NCBI GenBank assembly: GCA_951406725.2
Contig: OX597828.1
Location: forward strand, 42,594,001-42,658,000
Length of the DNA stretch: 64,000 bases
Reading direction: 5' to 3'
DNA from: Octopus vulgaris
Lineage: Eukaryota
Shown one piece after another: positions 29,943 to 43,461 of the stretch. The notes below the pieces were generated by a model. It made no database searches. It was not told the DNA's origin and worked only from the letters and a program-made list of their open reading frames with translations. Positions within the stretch are counted from its first letter, which is position 1; the number at the start of each line of letters is the position of its first letter. Position numbers and translations under genes: made by a program.

Positions 29943-30847
29943 TAGAAGGAGAGATGCGAACATAACCTGAAAGAGATTGTGTTGAGGAGAGAGTGAAAGA
30001 GAGTGAGCGAAAGAGTACGAAGGAAAAAAATCGAGAGAATGAAAGGATCCATACATACATACGTATATGTGTGTGTGCATGTGTGTGCGTGCGTGTGCGT
30101 GTGTCTGCGTCTGTGTGTGTATGTATGTGTGTATGTGTGTGCGTGTGTCCACTCGATACTACAAAGAAAACGGAAGAAAATCGAACGGTAAAATATCACA
30201 GGTAATGTTAAGTAGCGGACACACAATAAATAAAGGTAAGAGCGGTAAAAGAAAAGATGAAAAAGCCAGCAGCAATTGGTGTCTGGCGGTGGTGGCCATG
30301 GTGGCGGGTCCGGGGAGCAAAGATCATGATGTCGGTGCTAACTGGTGGTACAGGTATTAATACTGATTGAGGTGACGGTGACGGTGGCGGTGTAGATACA
30401 AAGAGAGAGAGAGAGAGAGATGTGGTGTGGTGTTGATAGTGAAATGATGAGAGTTTGAGGAGAGGCTTCGTGGTTCTGTGGTAGGAGAGTAACGGTTTGA
30501 CGATGGTGTGAGTTAAGGAAGGAAAGGCGAGGGCTATGGGAGAGCAACAACAGACACAATAAAATCGTTAATGCAAATCTATTTGTGTGAGAGAAAGACA
30601 AGAGAACAATGGCGTAGCCTTCAACTTCCGGTTCATAGCGGCGCACACAAATGCGGGATAATGATTATGATGTCGATGATGAAAATAATAATAATAATGA
30701 TAATAATAATAAAAAGCTTTCTTTATTAACTACTAAGGGTTGTACATACATATGTGTTTATACATGTGTGTGTGTGTTTGTATGTGTGTCTATATGTATA
30801 TATATATTTTGCATGCTTATATTTCATGCATACATACACAACCACAT

Positions 30848-30883
<36 letters not shown>

Positions 30884-30951
30884 TCATGTATAACACGAAT
30901 ATATACATAAATGTATAAGGACCGGTATCAGTGTATATGTAAGAATATACA

Positions 30952-31036
<85 letters not shown>

Positions 31037-31225
31037 CACTGGGTCTAGAAAGAAGTGGGGAAAGTGATTTATAGCAAATATTTATTCATATTGAATAACT
31101 AAACTTCCATATATAAATATAACACAAAATGTTTATACACACACATACACACATATGTGTGTATGTATATAAGCATATATACATATGTATATATGTATAT
31201 GCATATGTATATGTATATATGTGTA

Positions 31226-31289
<64 letters not shown>

Positions 31290-31569
31290 CAAATACACAC
31301 ACAATGACACACATGTGTGTGTCATTGTGTGTTTGTGTGTACATACACACATGCATACACCTGTGTGCAGTTTGTACGTCTAAATATATTGGCGAACAAA
31401 ACGATTTCTATTAGTAGGTACTGAAGTAGATATTTATTAAATTATATTTAATATGTCGTCATAAAATGGCGATCTTCTCAAATATATTAAAATACATTTG
31501 AGATCAGCATTATAAAGTATAACTACGAACATAATTAAAGATTGTTAAAGATTGTGGCGTTTCATGTAT

Positions 31570-31725
31570 AGGCGCAGGCGTGGCTGTGTGGTAAGTAGTA
31601 GATTTCCCAGCCACATAGTTTCGGGTTCAGTCCCACTGCATGGCACTTTAGGCAAGAATCGTTTACTACAGTCTCGAGTCGACGAAAGCCTTCTGAGTGG
31701 ATATGGTAGACGGAAACAGAAAGCA
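31570..31725 (+). mobile_element. SINE A, 5' half, diverged
   Basis: Head match. Confidence 0.8.
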
Positions 31726-32244
31726 AGTGTAAGAAATTTACTGCTTATAAATTTTAAGAAAAAAATCTTATGCGGGTCCCCAAGTGTCAAATGGACTTCC
31801 AAGACTCATATGGAGCCTGGGTGAGAACCACTGTTATACATTAACGAAAACGTTCTTTCGCCATAAAGAGATGCACTGTCTTGGCTAGGAGATTCCCAAG
31901 GCGTCATTTGGTTGTGTGCGGCAGGAATATAATTTCCTTTTTGTGTATATGCAAATTGGACTCTTTCTAATCTTTGTGGAACTGATGTAGGGAAACGGTC
32001 CTTCGTTGTACAACCATAATATATCATAAAGTATATTAAACGTTTTCTATTGTTCTACTGTGTTAGCAGTGCTTTTACATCATTTGTTATTGTTATCTCT
32101 GCCGATTTTCTTTAGAAATTATAATCAGCCCTGATATTGTTATTTTGTAGCATAATATGGTTGCATGACGAAATACCGTGTCGCTACAACTCATTGATAT
32201 TTATGTACCAGCTTCCAGGAATGTGTTTAATATGTAAAATTGAT

Positions 32245-32658
32245 AGGAGTGGCTGTGCGGTAAGTAGCTTGCTTACCAACCACATGGTTCCGGGTTCAGT
32301 CCCACTGCGTGGCACCTTGGGCAAGTGTCTTCTACTATAGCCTCGGGCCGACCAAAGCCTTGTGAGTGGATTTGGTAGACGGAAACTGAAAGAAGCCCGT
32401 CGTATATATGTATATATATATATATATATGTGTGTGTGCGTGTATGTTTGTGTGTCTATGTTTGTCCCCCTAGCATTGCTTGAAAACCGATGCTGGTGTG
32501 TTTATGTCCCCGTCACTTAGCGGTTCGGCAAAAATAAGCCGATAGAATAAGTACTGGGCTTACAAAGAATAAGTCCCGGGGTCGAGTTGCTCGATTAAAG
32601 GCGAAGCTCCAGCATGGCCGCAGTCAAATGACTGAAACAAGTAAAAGAGTAAAAGAGT
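32245..32658 (+). mobile_element. SINE A, full length
   Basis: Full match with a (TAAAAGAG)2 tail. Confidence 0.92.
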
Positions 32659-32897
32659 ATATCCAATTACACTGCTATATTTAGTGACTATTTAGGTAAT
32701 GAGTCTGTGGATGATTAATGGGTTGGATGGGTGCTGATCAAGGAGCAAAGACTCCTGGAATATGGCATATACTCTCCTTAACCATTTTTCATCTTTGATC
32801 TTATTAATTGGTTGCATCTGATGTCTCGGATACGAAACGTCGTAGCAAAATCGGCGTTGGCTCTAATTTCTACTGAATGTCTGTAGAGATAACCTCG

Positions 32898-33051
32898 GAG
32901 TGGCTGTGTAGTAAGAAGCTTGCTTCCCAAACACATGGTTCCGGGTTCAGCTCTACTTCATGGCACCTTGGGCAAGTGTCTTCTGCTATAGACTCGGGTC
33001 AACAAAAGCCATGTGAGTTGATTTGGTAGACGGAAACTGGAAGAAGTTCGT

Positions 33052-33088
<37 letters not shown>

Positions 33089-33435
33089 TCGCATGGCTCA
33101 GTGGTTATAATCGTGAGGTTGTGAGTTCAATTCCCGGACCGGGCTGCGTGTTGTGTCCTTGAGCAAGACACTTTATTTCACGTTACTCCAGTTCACTCAG
33201 CTGTAGAAATGAGTTGCAACATCACTGGTGCCAAACTGTATCAGCCTCTGCCTTTCCCTTGGATGACATCGGTGGCGTGGAAAAGGAGAGGTTGGTATGG
33301 TTGGGCGACTGCTGGTCTTCGATAAAAACAACCCTAGGCTGTGCGTTCGCCGGTGAGGCGACTTTTCGCTCGGACTTGTACTCCGGAGGGGAACATCTTA
33401 GGTGCACACATAGTCATTCGTGACCGACGGTGTCG

Positions 33436-33509
<74 letters not shown>

Positions 33510-33890
33510 TGTATATGTGTGTGTGTGTATATATGTGTTTGTGTATGTATGTATGTGTATATATATATATATGTGTGTGTGTATGTATGTATGTATGTAT
33601 GTATGCATGCATGTATGTATGTATGTATGTATGTATGTATGTATGTATGTATGTATGTATGTATGTATGTATGTGTGTATGTATTTGTGTGTCTGTGTTT
33701 GTCCCTCCACCATCACCTGGCAACCGATGTTGGTGTGTTTATGTACCTGTACCTTAGCGGTTCGGCAAAAAAGTGACAGACAGAAAAAGTGCTAGGCTTA
33801 CAAAGAATAAGTCCTGGCGTCGATTTGCTCGACTAAAAGGTGGTGCTCCAGCATGGCCGCAGACAAAATGACTGAAACAAGTAGAAGAGT
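32898..33890 (+). mobile_element. SINE A interrupted in its internal microsatellite by a SINE C
   Basis: 5' half at 32898-33060, 3' half at 33680-33890. Confidence 0.85.
33086..33437 (+). mobile_element. SINE C, 3' module 2
   Basis: GCATGGCTCAGTGG head and GAGTTCAATTCC. Confidence 0.85.
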
Positions 33891-34076
33891 AAACGAGCAA
33901 GTGATGAGTCAGTATTCGAAATACTTCGAGTTTTGTATCCACCTACAGTCAGAATCAGATAGGAGCATCTTTTTTTAGAATATTCATTTTTTACCACCTC
34001 CATCACGTTGAGCCGAGAGTATCGTTGGTAGAATAGTCTTGATTTCGCATCCATATGTTGTCAAGATAGACAAGTT

Positions 34077-34676
34077 ATGAATATATTTGCCAGGAAGCTG
34101 AACCACTTTCATACAATGCGCCTCAGAAAACTTCTCGGCATAAAGTGGCAGGACAGGATCTCGGACACCGAGGTACTAATACGTGCTAACCTGCCCAGTA
34201 TCCATTCCATCTTGATGCAGTCTCAGCTTCGCTGGGCAGCGCACGAAGCTCGCATGTCAGACGATCGATTACCAAATAGATTGCTCTTTGGCGAGCTGCA
34301 AAAGGGAAAGCGCTCACAAGGCGGTCAGAAGAAGCGCTTTAAGGACACACTGAAAGCCTCACTGAAAGCCTTCAACATTGACCATGACACTTGGGAGCAG
34401 TCTGCTCTAGAAAGAGAAGGGTGGAGATCAACTGTCCACAAGGGTGCCAACACATGCGAGACCAATAAGATCTCTGCTGCAGAAGACCGCAAACAAGCCA
34501 GGAAGAACAGAGCTGACAACCCTGTAGCAGGCGCTACCATTCCCTGTCCACAGTGTCAAAGAGTTTTTCGGGCGCAGATTGGCCTCACTAGCCATCTGCG
34601 AACTCACAAAACAAGCCCACCACCACCCCCTAGAATGACTAGATGGCCTTCGTTGCATCGACAGACGAACTACAAT
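34077..34676 (+). mobile_element. 5'-truncated RTE-clade LINE, 3' end
   Basis: LRKLLGIKWQDRISDTEVL, QLRWAAH, LLFGEL..GKRSQGGQKKRFKDTLKASLK and a C2H2 motif CPQCQRVFRAQIGLTSHLRTH. Confidence 0.9.
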
Positions 34677-34939
34677 GAATCTCTTTGTTAATCGATGAAT
34701 CATCATTCGTAATACTCCGAGAATGCAGTTGCAGTCACAAGGATGAGTATGTTTGTTAGAATACTCTCTGCAGTCACGATGAAATATAAGCCACTGGTTT
34801 GGGTGTAATAAATTATTTTCAAACCGTCACAGGCTGCTTTAATGATCTTCCTATCCGCTCTGGGTTAAACCTCCGCTGCTTTCTCTCTCTATTGCTTTTT
34901 TTTTCCTTTTCATATTTTTAGACACTTTTGTAAGGATTC

Positions 34940-35171
34940 TTTCTTTCTTTTGCTTTCTTTCTTTTTCTTCTTTCATTCTTTCATTCTTTCTTTCTTTTTC
35001 ATCTTTCCTTCCTTCCTTCTTTATTTTTTCTTTCTTCCTGTCTATCTTTTTGTTTGTTTGTTTGTTTGTTTGTTTCTTTCTTTCTTTCTCACTTTCTTTC
35101 TTTCTTTCTTTCTTTCTTAATTTTCTTTCTTTCCTTCATTTCTCTCATTGCTTCCTTCCTTCTTTTCTTTC

Positions 35172-35222
<51 letters not shown>

Positions 35223-35347
35223 TATTTATTTCTCTCTCTTTCTTCTTTTCTTTCTTTTTTCCTCTCTTTCTTTCTTCTTTTTCTTTCTTTCTTTCTTTCC
35301 TTCATTTCTCTTCTTCCTTCCTTCCTTTTCTTTTCTATCCTTTTCCT

Positions 35348-35378
<31 letters not shown>

Positions 35379-35400
35379 CTTTTGTTTCTTTCTTTCTTAT
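34940..35400. repeat. Polypyrimidine (TTTC)n tract
   Basis: Seen directly. Confidence 0.95.
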
Positions 35401-35449
35401 TTGTACAAACTAGATCTTAATTTCACTTCAAGATCCAGGCGTTATTACC

Positions 35450-35545
35450 ATGTGGTATTTTATGTCCCCTAATGACACTGAGAGCTACACCAGCAAAGTA
35501 CAAGCTTCTAGTGGGGCCACCATGCCGGACAGATCAAAAGACACT
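35450..35545 (+). mobile_element. Possible RTE-clade 5' leader fragment
   Basis: ATGACACTGAGAGCTACACC...GGGGCCACCATGCCGGACAGATCAAA resembles, from memory, the 5' leader of Bov-B/RTE elements. Confidence 0.4.
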
Positions 35546-35627
35546 AATATGGCCCACCTCTTCTCAGAGGAAAAATAGGTTTGTCATGATAAGGCCGTCA
35601 CCTTATATATATATATATATATATATA

Positions 35628-36912
35628 CAGGGTGGGGAAGCAAAATTTACAATGAACGTTAAGTTGTTTTTTCTCAGCAGGCACTAAGTCAATTGTTTTG
35701 AAACCTAGCATATATTGATGTCATACTCATACCTAACACTATTATCCTTACCTTTTCAGAAACTTTTGCCCATATGAGTAATCAAGAAAGCAAAAGTCAA
35801 AAAGTGTGTGATTTGCTGAATGCACTCGTCACACCAAAGGCGATTTCGAGAATAGTTGGAGTGTCCATAAAGACTGTTTATAATGTAAAGAATAGAATGA
35901 CTAAGAGTAAAACTATTATGAGGAGGTCTGGAAGTGGAGGAATCAACAAAAACGTACCAAAGCTTTTATTAAAGCTCGCAAATCCAAAATCCTAAAGGAT
36001 CCAACCAAATCCATGAGAAAAATGGCAATTGAACTTGAGGTAGTCAACAAGACCATTAGAAATGCAGTAAAATATGATTTGAGGTTAAAATCTTACACAA
36101 GAACACCAAAATACTTGTTGACAACAGCTATGAAGAAAAAGAGATTGGAACGGTGCAAGAAAATTATTACATGGTTCAAGAAAAAGTCCTCCATTGTAAC
36201 GATCTTTTCAGATGAAAAGATCTTCACTGTCGATGCTGTTCTGAACCGCAGAAATGACAGATTTATTGCAAAATCAACAGCTGAGGTTAAGAGGACATTC
36301 AAAACAAAACATCCTACTCAAGTTATAGTTTTTGGTGTTGTGGCTTCCGATAGAAAGAAAGTGCGTATAAAATTCTACAAAGCTGATGAAATGATCAATG
36401 TTAATACTTACTACAAGACTCTGAGATACCAGGTATTGCCATGGCTTAAAGCAAACTACCCAGATGGTAATTATGTATGGACACATGATGGTGCTCCACA
36501 CACACAGCTAGAAATACAAGATTTCTGCAAATCAAACTTTAGCAATTTTTGGGAATCATGTTTATGGCCACCTTCTAGCCCAGATCTAAACCCTCTGGAT
36601 TATGCTATTTGGGGCGTTTTAGAACATGCTACCAATAGAACATCACACAGTAATGTCGACTCTCTTAAAGATACTATTAAAGAAGAAAGGGAGACTTTGT
36701 CTCCCGAATATTTGAGGAACACTTGCGCAAGTTTCAGGAAGCGTGTGAAGGCAGATATTGAGAAAGAAGGAGGTCATATAGAATAAAAACATTTTCTGTT
36801 ATGTAAATTTTCTTGTGGCAAATAATTATCATGACTTTCAATAAAATAATTGGTCATACAATGTTTTTCAATCCCTGCCTTAAAATATTGTAAATTTTGC
36901 TTCCCCACCCTG
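35628..36912 (+). mobile_element. Complete Tc1/mariner-superfamily DNA transposon (maT/DD37D-like), 1285 bp
   Basis: Perfect 26-bp TIRs CAGGGTGGGGAAGCAAAATTTACAAT at 35628-35653 and 36887-36912, TA on both sides, transposase inside. Confidence 0.95.
35774..36786 (+). pseudogene. Transposase with a frameshift near 35950
   Basis: N-terminal HTH (ISRIVGVSIKTVYNVK), then IFSDEKIF, HDGAP and WPPSSPDLNPLDYAIW, ending EKEGGHIE. The D2-D3 spacing is 36 here, probably 37 before a small indel at GAP(A)H. Confidence 0.9.
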
Positions 36913-36924
36913 TATATATATATA

Positions 36925-37330
36925 TGAAGGAATACCAAAAATGGGACAAGAACGCAAAACATCCATACAGATGATACAAAAGAGGGACAAGAAAAAACAA
37001 GGACGGGTCATTCGGAGTTTTCTTTCCTCAGTCAAGTTCCAGATTATCTTTGCAATTTCGGCTGGTTATACTTGAGATTGCTCCAATCTGGTCAGCCCCA
37101 AGGAAAATCTAAGCTAAGAGCACTAGATTACTTGGAAGAAAGCAGTGAATGTATATGAAAACAAGGACGGTAAAAAAAAATGGAGAAATGGTACACAAAT
37201 ACGAATGCAAATAACAGGACATTAACAACAGGTGTCTTTCGACTAAGGACGAATTGAATTAAGCTGACGTGTGTGGAAGTGAAACCTTATTGGAGGCACA
37301 TAAGAGATGACAGGCATGGGGAAGAATATA
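36925..37330 (-). repeat. Dispersed repeat, possibly Penelope-derived, with a partial copy at ~37650-37720
   Basis: Shared CAAAAATGG..C.AGAACGC.AAACATCCA.ACAGATGATACAAAA.AGGGACAA. Confidence 0.5.
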
Positions 37331-37565
37331 GATATTGCACAGATGATAGTCGAACCAAGAAAGAAAGACCGAACACCGGTCACGTGGAGAGAGGAGAGAG
37401 GTAGAGGTAGATGGATAGAAGAATTAGGGAGGGACGAGAATAAAAGAAAAGGGACAGAGTGAAGTGAAAGAAGAGGGAAGGTGAGAATGAAGAGAAAGCC
37501 AAGAAATGTGAGAGAGGGGGGATCGAAAGAAAGAATGAAAGAATAAGAGAGTCGTACAAAAGTTA

Positions 37566-37606
<41 letters not shown>

Positions 37607-37715
37607 TTACATATAAGGGACCAAAGTGTACGTACGCCGCCATATGTATATAAAAAGAATTACAAAAATGGAACGAGAACGCCAAACATCCAGACAGATG
37701 ATACAAAAAAGGGAC

Positions 37716-37755
<40 letters not shown>

Positions 37756-37880
37756 CTATATAGAAAGAGAGAGAAAGAGGGAAAGAGACGTCATAAGATT
37801 TACGAAGAGATGGGGAGTGAAGGAAGTTAGATGCAGTGAAAAACAAAAGAGAAAGATAAGATAGATAGATATATAGATAG

Positions 37881-37934
<54 letters not shown>

Positions 37935-37989
37935 ATCTAATGATTAGGTGCACTAAGAGATAGACAGGTGTTTGACAGTGTGCATAGAG

Positions 37990-39290
37990 AAACCCTCTGG
38001 AAGATTGCATGTGTATGGAATACCAGACGATTACATCGGTTTGCTTAGCAGTTTCTGTAACAACCCAAGCTTAGAACCTATGCATTAGAACAGAACATGG
38101 ATACACTGGTTTTCTAAACATCGTTACTGGAATAAGACAAAGCTGTCTCCTGTCACCAATGTTGTCAGAAGATGGTCATTGGTTTTGTTATGCAAAGGTC
38201 AATGGTGAGACCGGCTGAAAGTATACCACAGGTGGCGAGGGAGCGGCTAACAGGCTTGGGTTTTGCCGATGACATTGACCTCTTGTCTGAGAAGCGCCCA
38301 ACATTTCAAGAAACGAGAGCAAAAATGGAAAGGGAAGCAGCAAAAACTGGGTTGAAAATCGGCGGTTAAGAAACGAAGATGAGAAACAAATAGAAAGTGT
38401 ACCAGTGAAAGCCGGACAAGAACCAGTGGAAGAAGTTACAAGCTTCATATATCTGGCAAGTGTAGTGATAAGCAACGGTGATGCAGAGACGGATGTAAGC
38501 TGCAGAATTGGCAAAGCAGCGGCAGTATTTAGAAGACTATCTATCTATCTATAAGGCGGCGAGCGGGCAGAAACTTTAGCACGCCGGGCGAAATGCTTAG
38601 CGTAATTTTGTCTGCCGTTACGTTCTGGGTTCAAATTCCGCTGAGGTCGACTTTGCCTTTCATCCTTTCGGGGTCGAAAAATTAAGTACCAGTTACGCAC
38701 TGGGGTCGATGTAATCGACTTAATACCTATGTCTGTCCTTGTTTGTCCCCTCTATGTTTAGCCCCTAGTGGGTAATAAAGAAATAAGTATTTAGAAGACT
38801 GACAAAATTTTGGTGTAACATTAACATAAGTAGAGAGCCGGAGATTCGTTTGTACCAAACAATACCGTCAATAGCAATCCATGCAGCTGAGACCTGAAAG
38901 ATTACAGTAAAAATCGTCCACTAACTCGATGTCTTTCATCAGTGGTGCCCCAGGAAGATCTTAAGAATTATTTATCGAGACAGAGTGACAAATGAAGTCA
39001 TTCTCCAAGCAGCAAGGTTAAGGTCCCGGAATGAAATTGTAACTGAACGACGGATGAGAATGGCTGGACACATACTAAGACTGCCAGAGGAGAGGCTTGC
39101 CAAAACAGCCATGGGCTGGATGCCGCCGAAGGGCCAAGGAAGACATGGCGTAGTACCTTCAAAGAAGAGCTACGCAGACTCGACACCACCTGGGAAGAAG
39201 CTTATCGGTTGGCGAGAGACAGAGATAGTTGGCGATCACTGACTGCCCGTGCCGCTTAAAGGTTCATACGGACCTAAAGAAGAAGAAGAA

Positions 39291-39292
<2 letters not shown>
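37990..39292 (+). pseudogene. Degenerate RTE-clade LINE RT region, interrupted by SINE B at 38553-38787
   Basis: TGIRQSCLLSP, LGFADDIDLL, KTGLKI, EEVTSFIYLASV, RIGKAAAVFRRL, RMAGHILRLPEERLAK. The tail runs into (AGA)n/(AGT)n. Confidence 0.85.
38553..38787 (+). mobile_element. SINE B, young, inserted in the RTE LINE
   Basis: 15-bp TSD AGTATTTAGAAGACT at 38524-38538 and 38786-38800. Confidence 0.95.
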
Positions 39293-39338
<46 letters not shown>

Positions 39339-39349
39339 ATTAGCAGCAA

Positions 39350-39391
<42 letters not shown>

Positions 39392-39645
39392 AAGAAGAAG
39401 AAGAAGAAGAAGAAGAAGAAGAAGAAGAAGAAGAAGAAGAAGAAGAAGAAGAAGAAGAAAAAGAAGAAGAAGAAAGAAGAAGAAGAAAAAGAAGAAGAAA
39501 AAGAAGAAGAAAAAGAAGAAGAAAAAGTAGAAAAAGAAGAAGAAGAAGAAGAAGAAGAAGAAGAAGAAAAAGAAGAAGAAAAAGTAGAAAAAGAAGAAGA
39601 AGAAGAAGAAGAAGAAGAAGAAGAAGAAGAAGAAGAAGAAGAGAA
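39293..39645. repeat. (AGT)n/(AGA)n microsatellite at the RTE LINE tail
   Basis: Seen directly. Confidence 0.95.
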
Positions 39646-39936
39646 CGGGAGAAGTAGATATATTGAGAGAGAGGGTAAGAAGAGAGAAAGAGTTATAGAG
39701 CTAAAGATAGGATAGATACACCGAGTGAAAAGGAGAGAAAGAGAGAGAGAGAAGGGAGGAAGAGAGAAACAGAGAGAAAGGAAGAGAGCGAGAGATACTT
39801 TACGAGACAGAGACATTGGCAGATATGCCAAGAAATGAGAGCGAGGGATACTTTACGAGAGAGAGGCATACAGATTACGAGACAGAGACGTTGGCAGATA
39901 TACCAAGAAATGAATAGGGAGAGAAGTAGATATATT

Positions 39937-40027
<91 letters not shown>

Positions 40028-40867
40028 GGGGTGGCACAGTGCGAGCTATAGTGTTATAGATAAGATAGATGAACTGAAAGACAAAAAGTGAAATGAAGAT
40101 AAACATTGCTGTACATAATGAATTAATTTACAAGTTAAAACATGGACGATGAAATTATGAAATATCCAGGAAATATACCGATGGCGCCTAGGAAAGATAT
40201 TTCTGTGGACAAACGTTAAAGGAGTTGATAATGATGCAGGTTGGTGCTTTCAAGGAAGGTCTAAATTGATGCTAGTATAGATGTTATCTTTGACAGTTGA
40301 ACTGGTTGTCATGTAGAATTAGAAAGAAAGAGAGTGAAAAGGACGAGAGCGAGGAATTGCAAGTTCTTTGTAGGAACTGAGAGAGAGAGAAAGAGGAGGG
40401 GTGAGCTGGGAGTAGATAGAAATAGTGAGAGTTCTAATAATGATTAATAATGTGTTTCCGTGGGTTCTTTCTCCGTTGTTAAAACGTGTAACTTATCAGA
40501 AAGTTCTGTTGCCGGAAGTGACCGAATAAATATTTAATAATTCTTACATCAACATGAAAATGAACATCCGGTAATGGTAAGTGGTGCCAGTGAGGTCAGA
40601 ATTTCGCCGAAATATATTCGTTTCATGTAATAAACGAAGATCTAAAGGATTTGAGAGATTTGTGGAGGAAAGGAGGGCGGTTGGCTTCGGTATTAGTTAA
40701 ACCGCATTTGGTTGTTGCTTCCTGTGATCTAACAACTTAACTTTGGTCGATCGCTAGCAGCTGTTAGTAAGAACAAACTGTTTGATTTTTTCCCCCCTAA
40801 CTTTTAAGATGATTTCGTCATGCATTACCACAAGTTTTGACTGCTATAAGACGGTTTCTACACACAA

Positions 40868-40948
<81 letters not shown>

Positions 40949-42750
40949 AACACAACAACAAACACAATGTATATACAAAAACATTGGTATACGTATGTAC
41001 ATTTATATGCATACACACACACATATAAATATTTACTTATATACCCACATACACTCACGCACATATATATATATATGCATGTATGTATATGTACATGTAT
41101 AATATATGTATATGTATATATATATATATTATACAACCATACATTTATATATATGTATGTGTGTGTATATATGTATGTATATATAGTGTACAAACATACA
41201 TGTACGCATTCATTCGTGTACATGTATATTCATATATGCTTATACACCCTCACCACATATATATGTGGGTGTGTATGTGTGTGTGATTGTACATGCATTT
41301 GGTTTGGTTGAGTTAAATCGTTCAATGTTGAAAATAACCTAACAATTAACACAGAAAATGGTAATATTTCATATCAGTCTAACAACATACAATTTATATC
41401 TGCATTAAAATGGTGGCCGTACTGCGTAGCACGATGTCTACAGAACCAGAATTCCACCATTGTATGTTGCGAATTTGGCTCTATTCTCGCCTTTACCTAA
41501 TTTGAAACCTCTAGCCTATCAAAATAGAGGGATGAATAAAATGGTAAGTAGCTGGTTTCCCAGTAAGAATACAACGATAAACGAGAATTTAATATGGTTT
41601 TTCCTAAAGTGGATGCCGGAAAATTTTATAGAGGTCTCGACGACAAAGTGAGCAGGTGCGCTTTTTTGAGAATCCAGCCGGAAATTCCATGACGATTGCT
41701 TCTGGTGGGACTCTATGGATGAGGTATCTGTAAACTATATATATATAACCCTTCTATATATATATAACCCTTCTTATACATCCACCATATAGGTCATATA
41801 TATGCACACACACGCAGACATGTACGTATATATATATATATATGCACTCACACTATATAGGATTGCCCCTGTCTCATTGTATTTTCAATAATTAAGTCAA
41901 ATGAACGTACTGAGTACCTGATTATTTTTGCCAATCGTCCCCTATACTATTGTAAGTAAGATGGCCGTTGTTTCGTCTGTATATCTTCACGTATTCAGAT
42001 CAATATCCATAGGACGATATGTAAGCAGGAAGGAAACACTAGAAACTGTCTTAGTTCAATCAGTTAGTCTTATATGACGGGAGTTAGATAGCTTTCTACA
42101 TTAACTAGAATCGTTCGGAATCACTCGTTTCAAGTGATCTAATTTAGGGCTTTTCTGATGCTGAAATGGCTCAGAAATAACTCAATTCACAGACAGCAAA
42201 GAACAAAATGTATAAGGTTATATACACGCATGTGTTAGTTAACAGGTCTTAAATTCGTACAAAACTAAGGCAAATCTATTCTAAAGTGCATCATGAAACA
42301 TATAACCTTCCGTTCTGATCGTTGTGTATATAACATATTTTCGGTTTATTTAGATGTTTAACTGTACACATTATATATTATATTTCAAACGACATATATA
42401 TGCTTATATGTGTGCGCTTATATACATACATACACACATACATATATATATATTTATATGCGTATATATTTGCGTATATATATATATAAATAACATAACA
42501 TATATCCACACATAAATATGCATACACACGCATGTCTATGTGTGCAATTTAATACAATACATATGTGTGTACAGTGATACATCTAAATTTTTATGAATAT
42601 ATCTAAATATGCGATCGACATACACACAAAAACTTGTACATGCACAAACACACATATCTGCGAAAAAAACTGGAGAGAGAGAGAGGGAGGGAGAGAGAGT
42701 ATGAGAGAGATGGAGGGAGAAAGGGAGAGAGAGAAAAGATGAGAGAGATA

Positions 42751-43135
42751 AAGGAGCACTCCGTCGGTTACGACGATGAGGGTCCCAGCTGATACGATCA
42801 ACAGAACAGCTTGCTCGTGGAATTAACGTGCAAGTGGCTGAGCACTCCACAGACACGTGTACCCTTAACGTAGTTCTCGGGGATATTCAGCGTGACACAG
42901 AGAGTGACAAGGCTGGCCCTTTGAAATACAGGTACAACAGAAACAGGAAGAAAGAGTGAGAGAAGGTTGTGGTGAAAGAGTACAGCAGGGTTCACCACCA
43001 CCCCCTGCAGGAGCCTCGTGAAGCTTTAGGTGTTTTCGCCCAATAAACACTCACAATGCCCGGTCTGGGAATCGAAACCGCGATCCTACGACCGCGAGTC
43101 CGCTGCCCTAACCACTGGGCCATTGCGCCTCCACT
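42751..43135 (-). mobile_element. SINE C-related, different middle, 3' module 1, young
   Basis: 14-bp TSD AGATGAGAGAGATA at 42737-42750 and 43136-43149. Confidence 0.92.
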
Positions 43136-43414
43136 AGATGAGAGAGATAGAAGAGGTGGAGAATGAAGTAAAACAAAGAACGAAAGAAAGACGGTGAGAG
43201 TGATAGTGAGGCCACCGTGATCACCGTGACTAAAGCGTCCGACATTTTAAGTGATTTCACTTAACCCTTTCTCTATATTCTGGCCTGACTTCATGATACG
43301 ATTGATCCCTTCTTCTGTGATGCATATTTGCATCGATTTTCTAGATTGAAGGAATTCAAATCGAAATCTGAAAGGATTTAAACTCAAGAAATTCAGAGCA
43401 GAAATGTATTATTA

Positions 43415-43423
43415 AGTGTATTT

Positions 43424-43461
<38 letters not shown>

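Noticed and set aside
39780-39940. Duplicated GATACTTTACGAGA and TTGGCAGATAT blocks
   Set aside because: Ordinary slippage duplications within a GA-rich tract.
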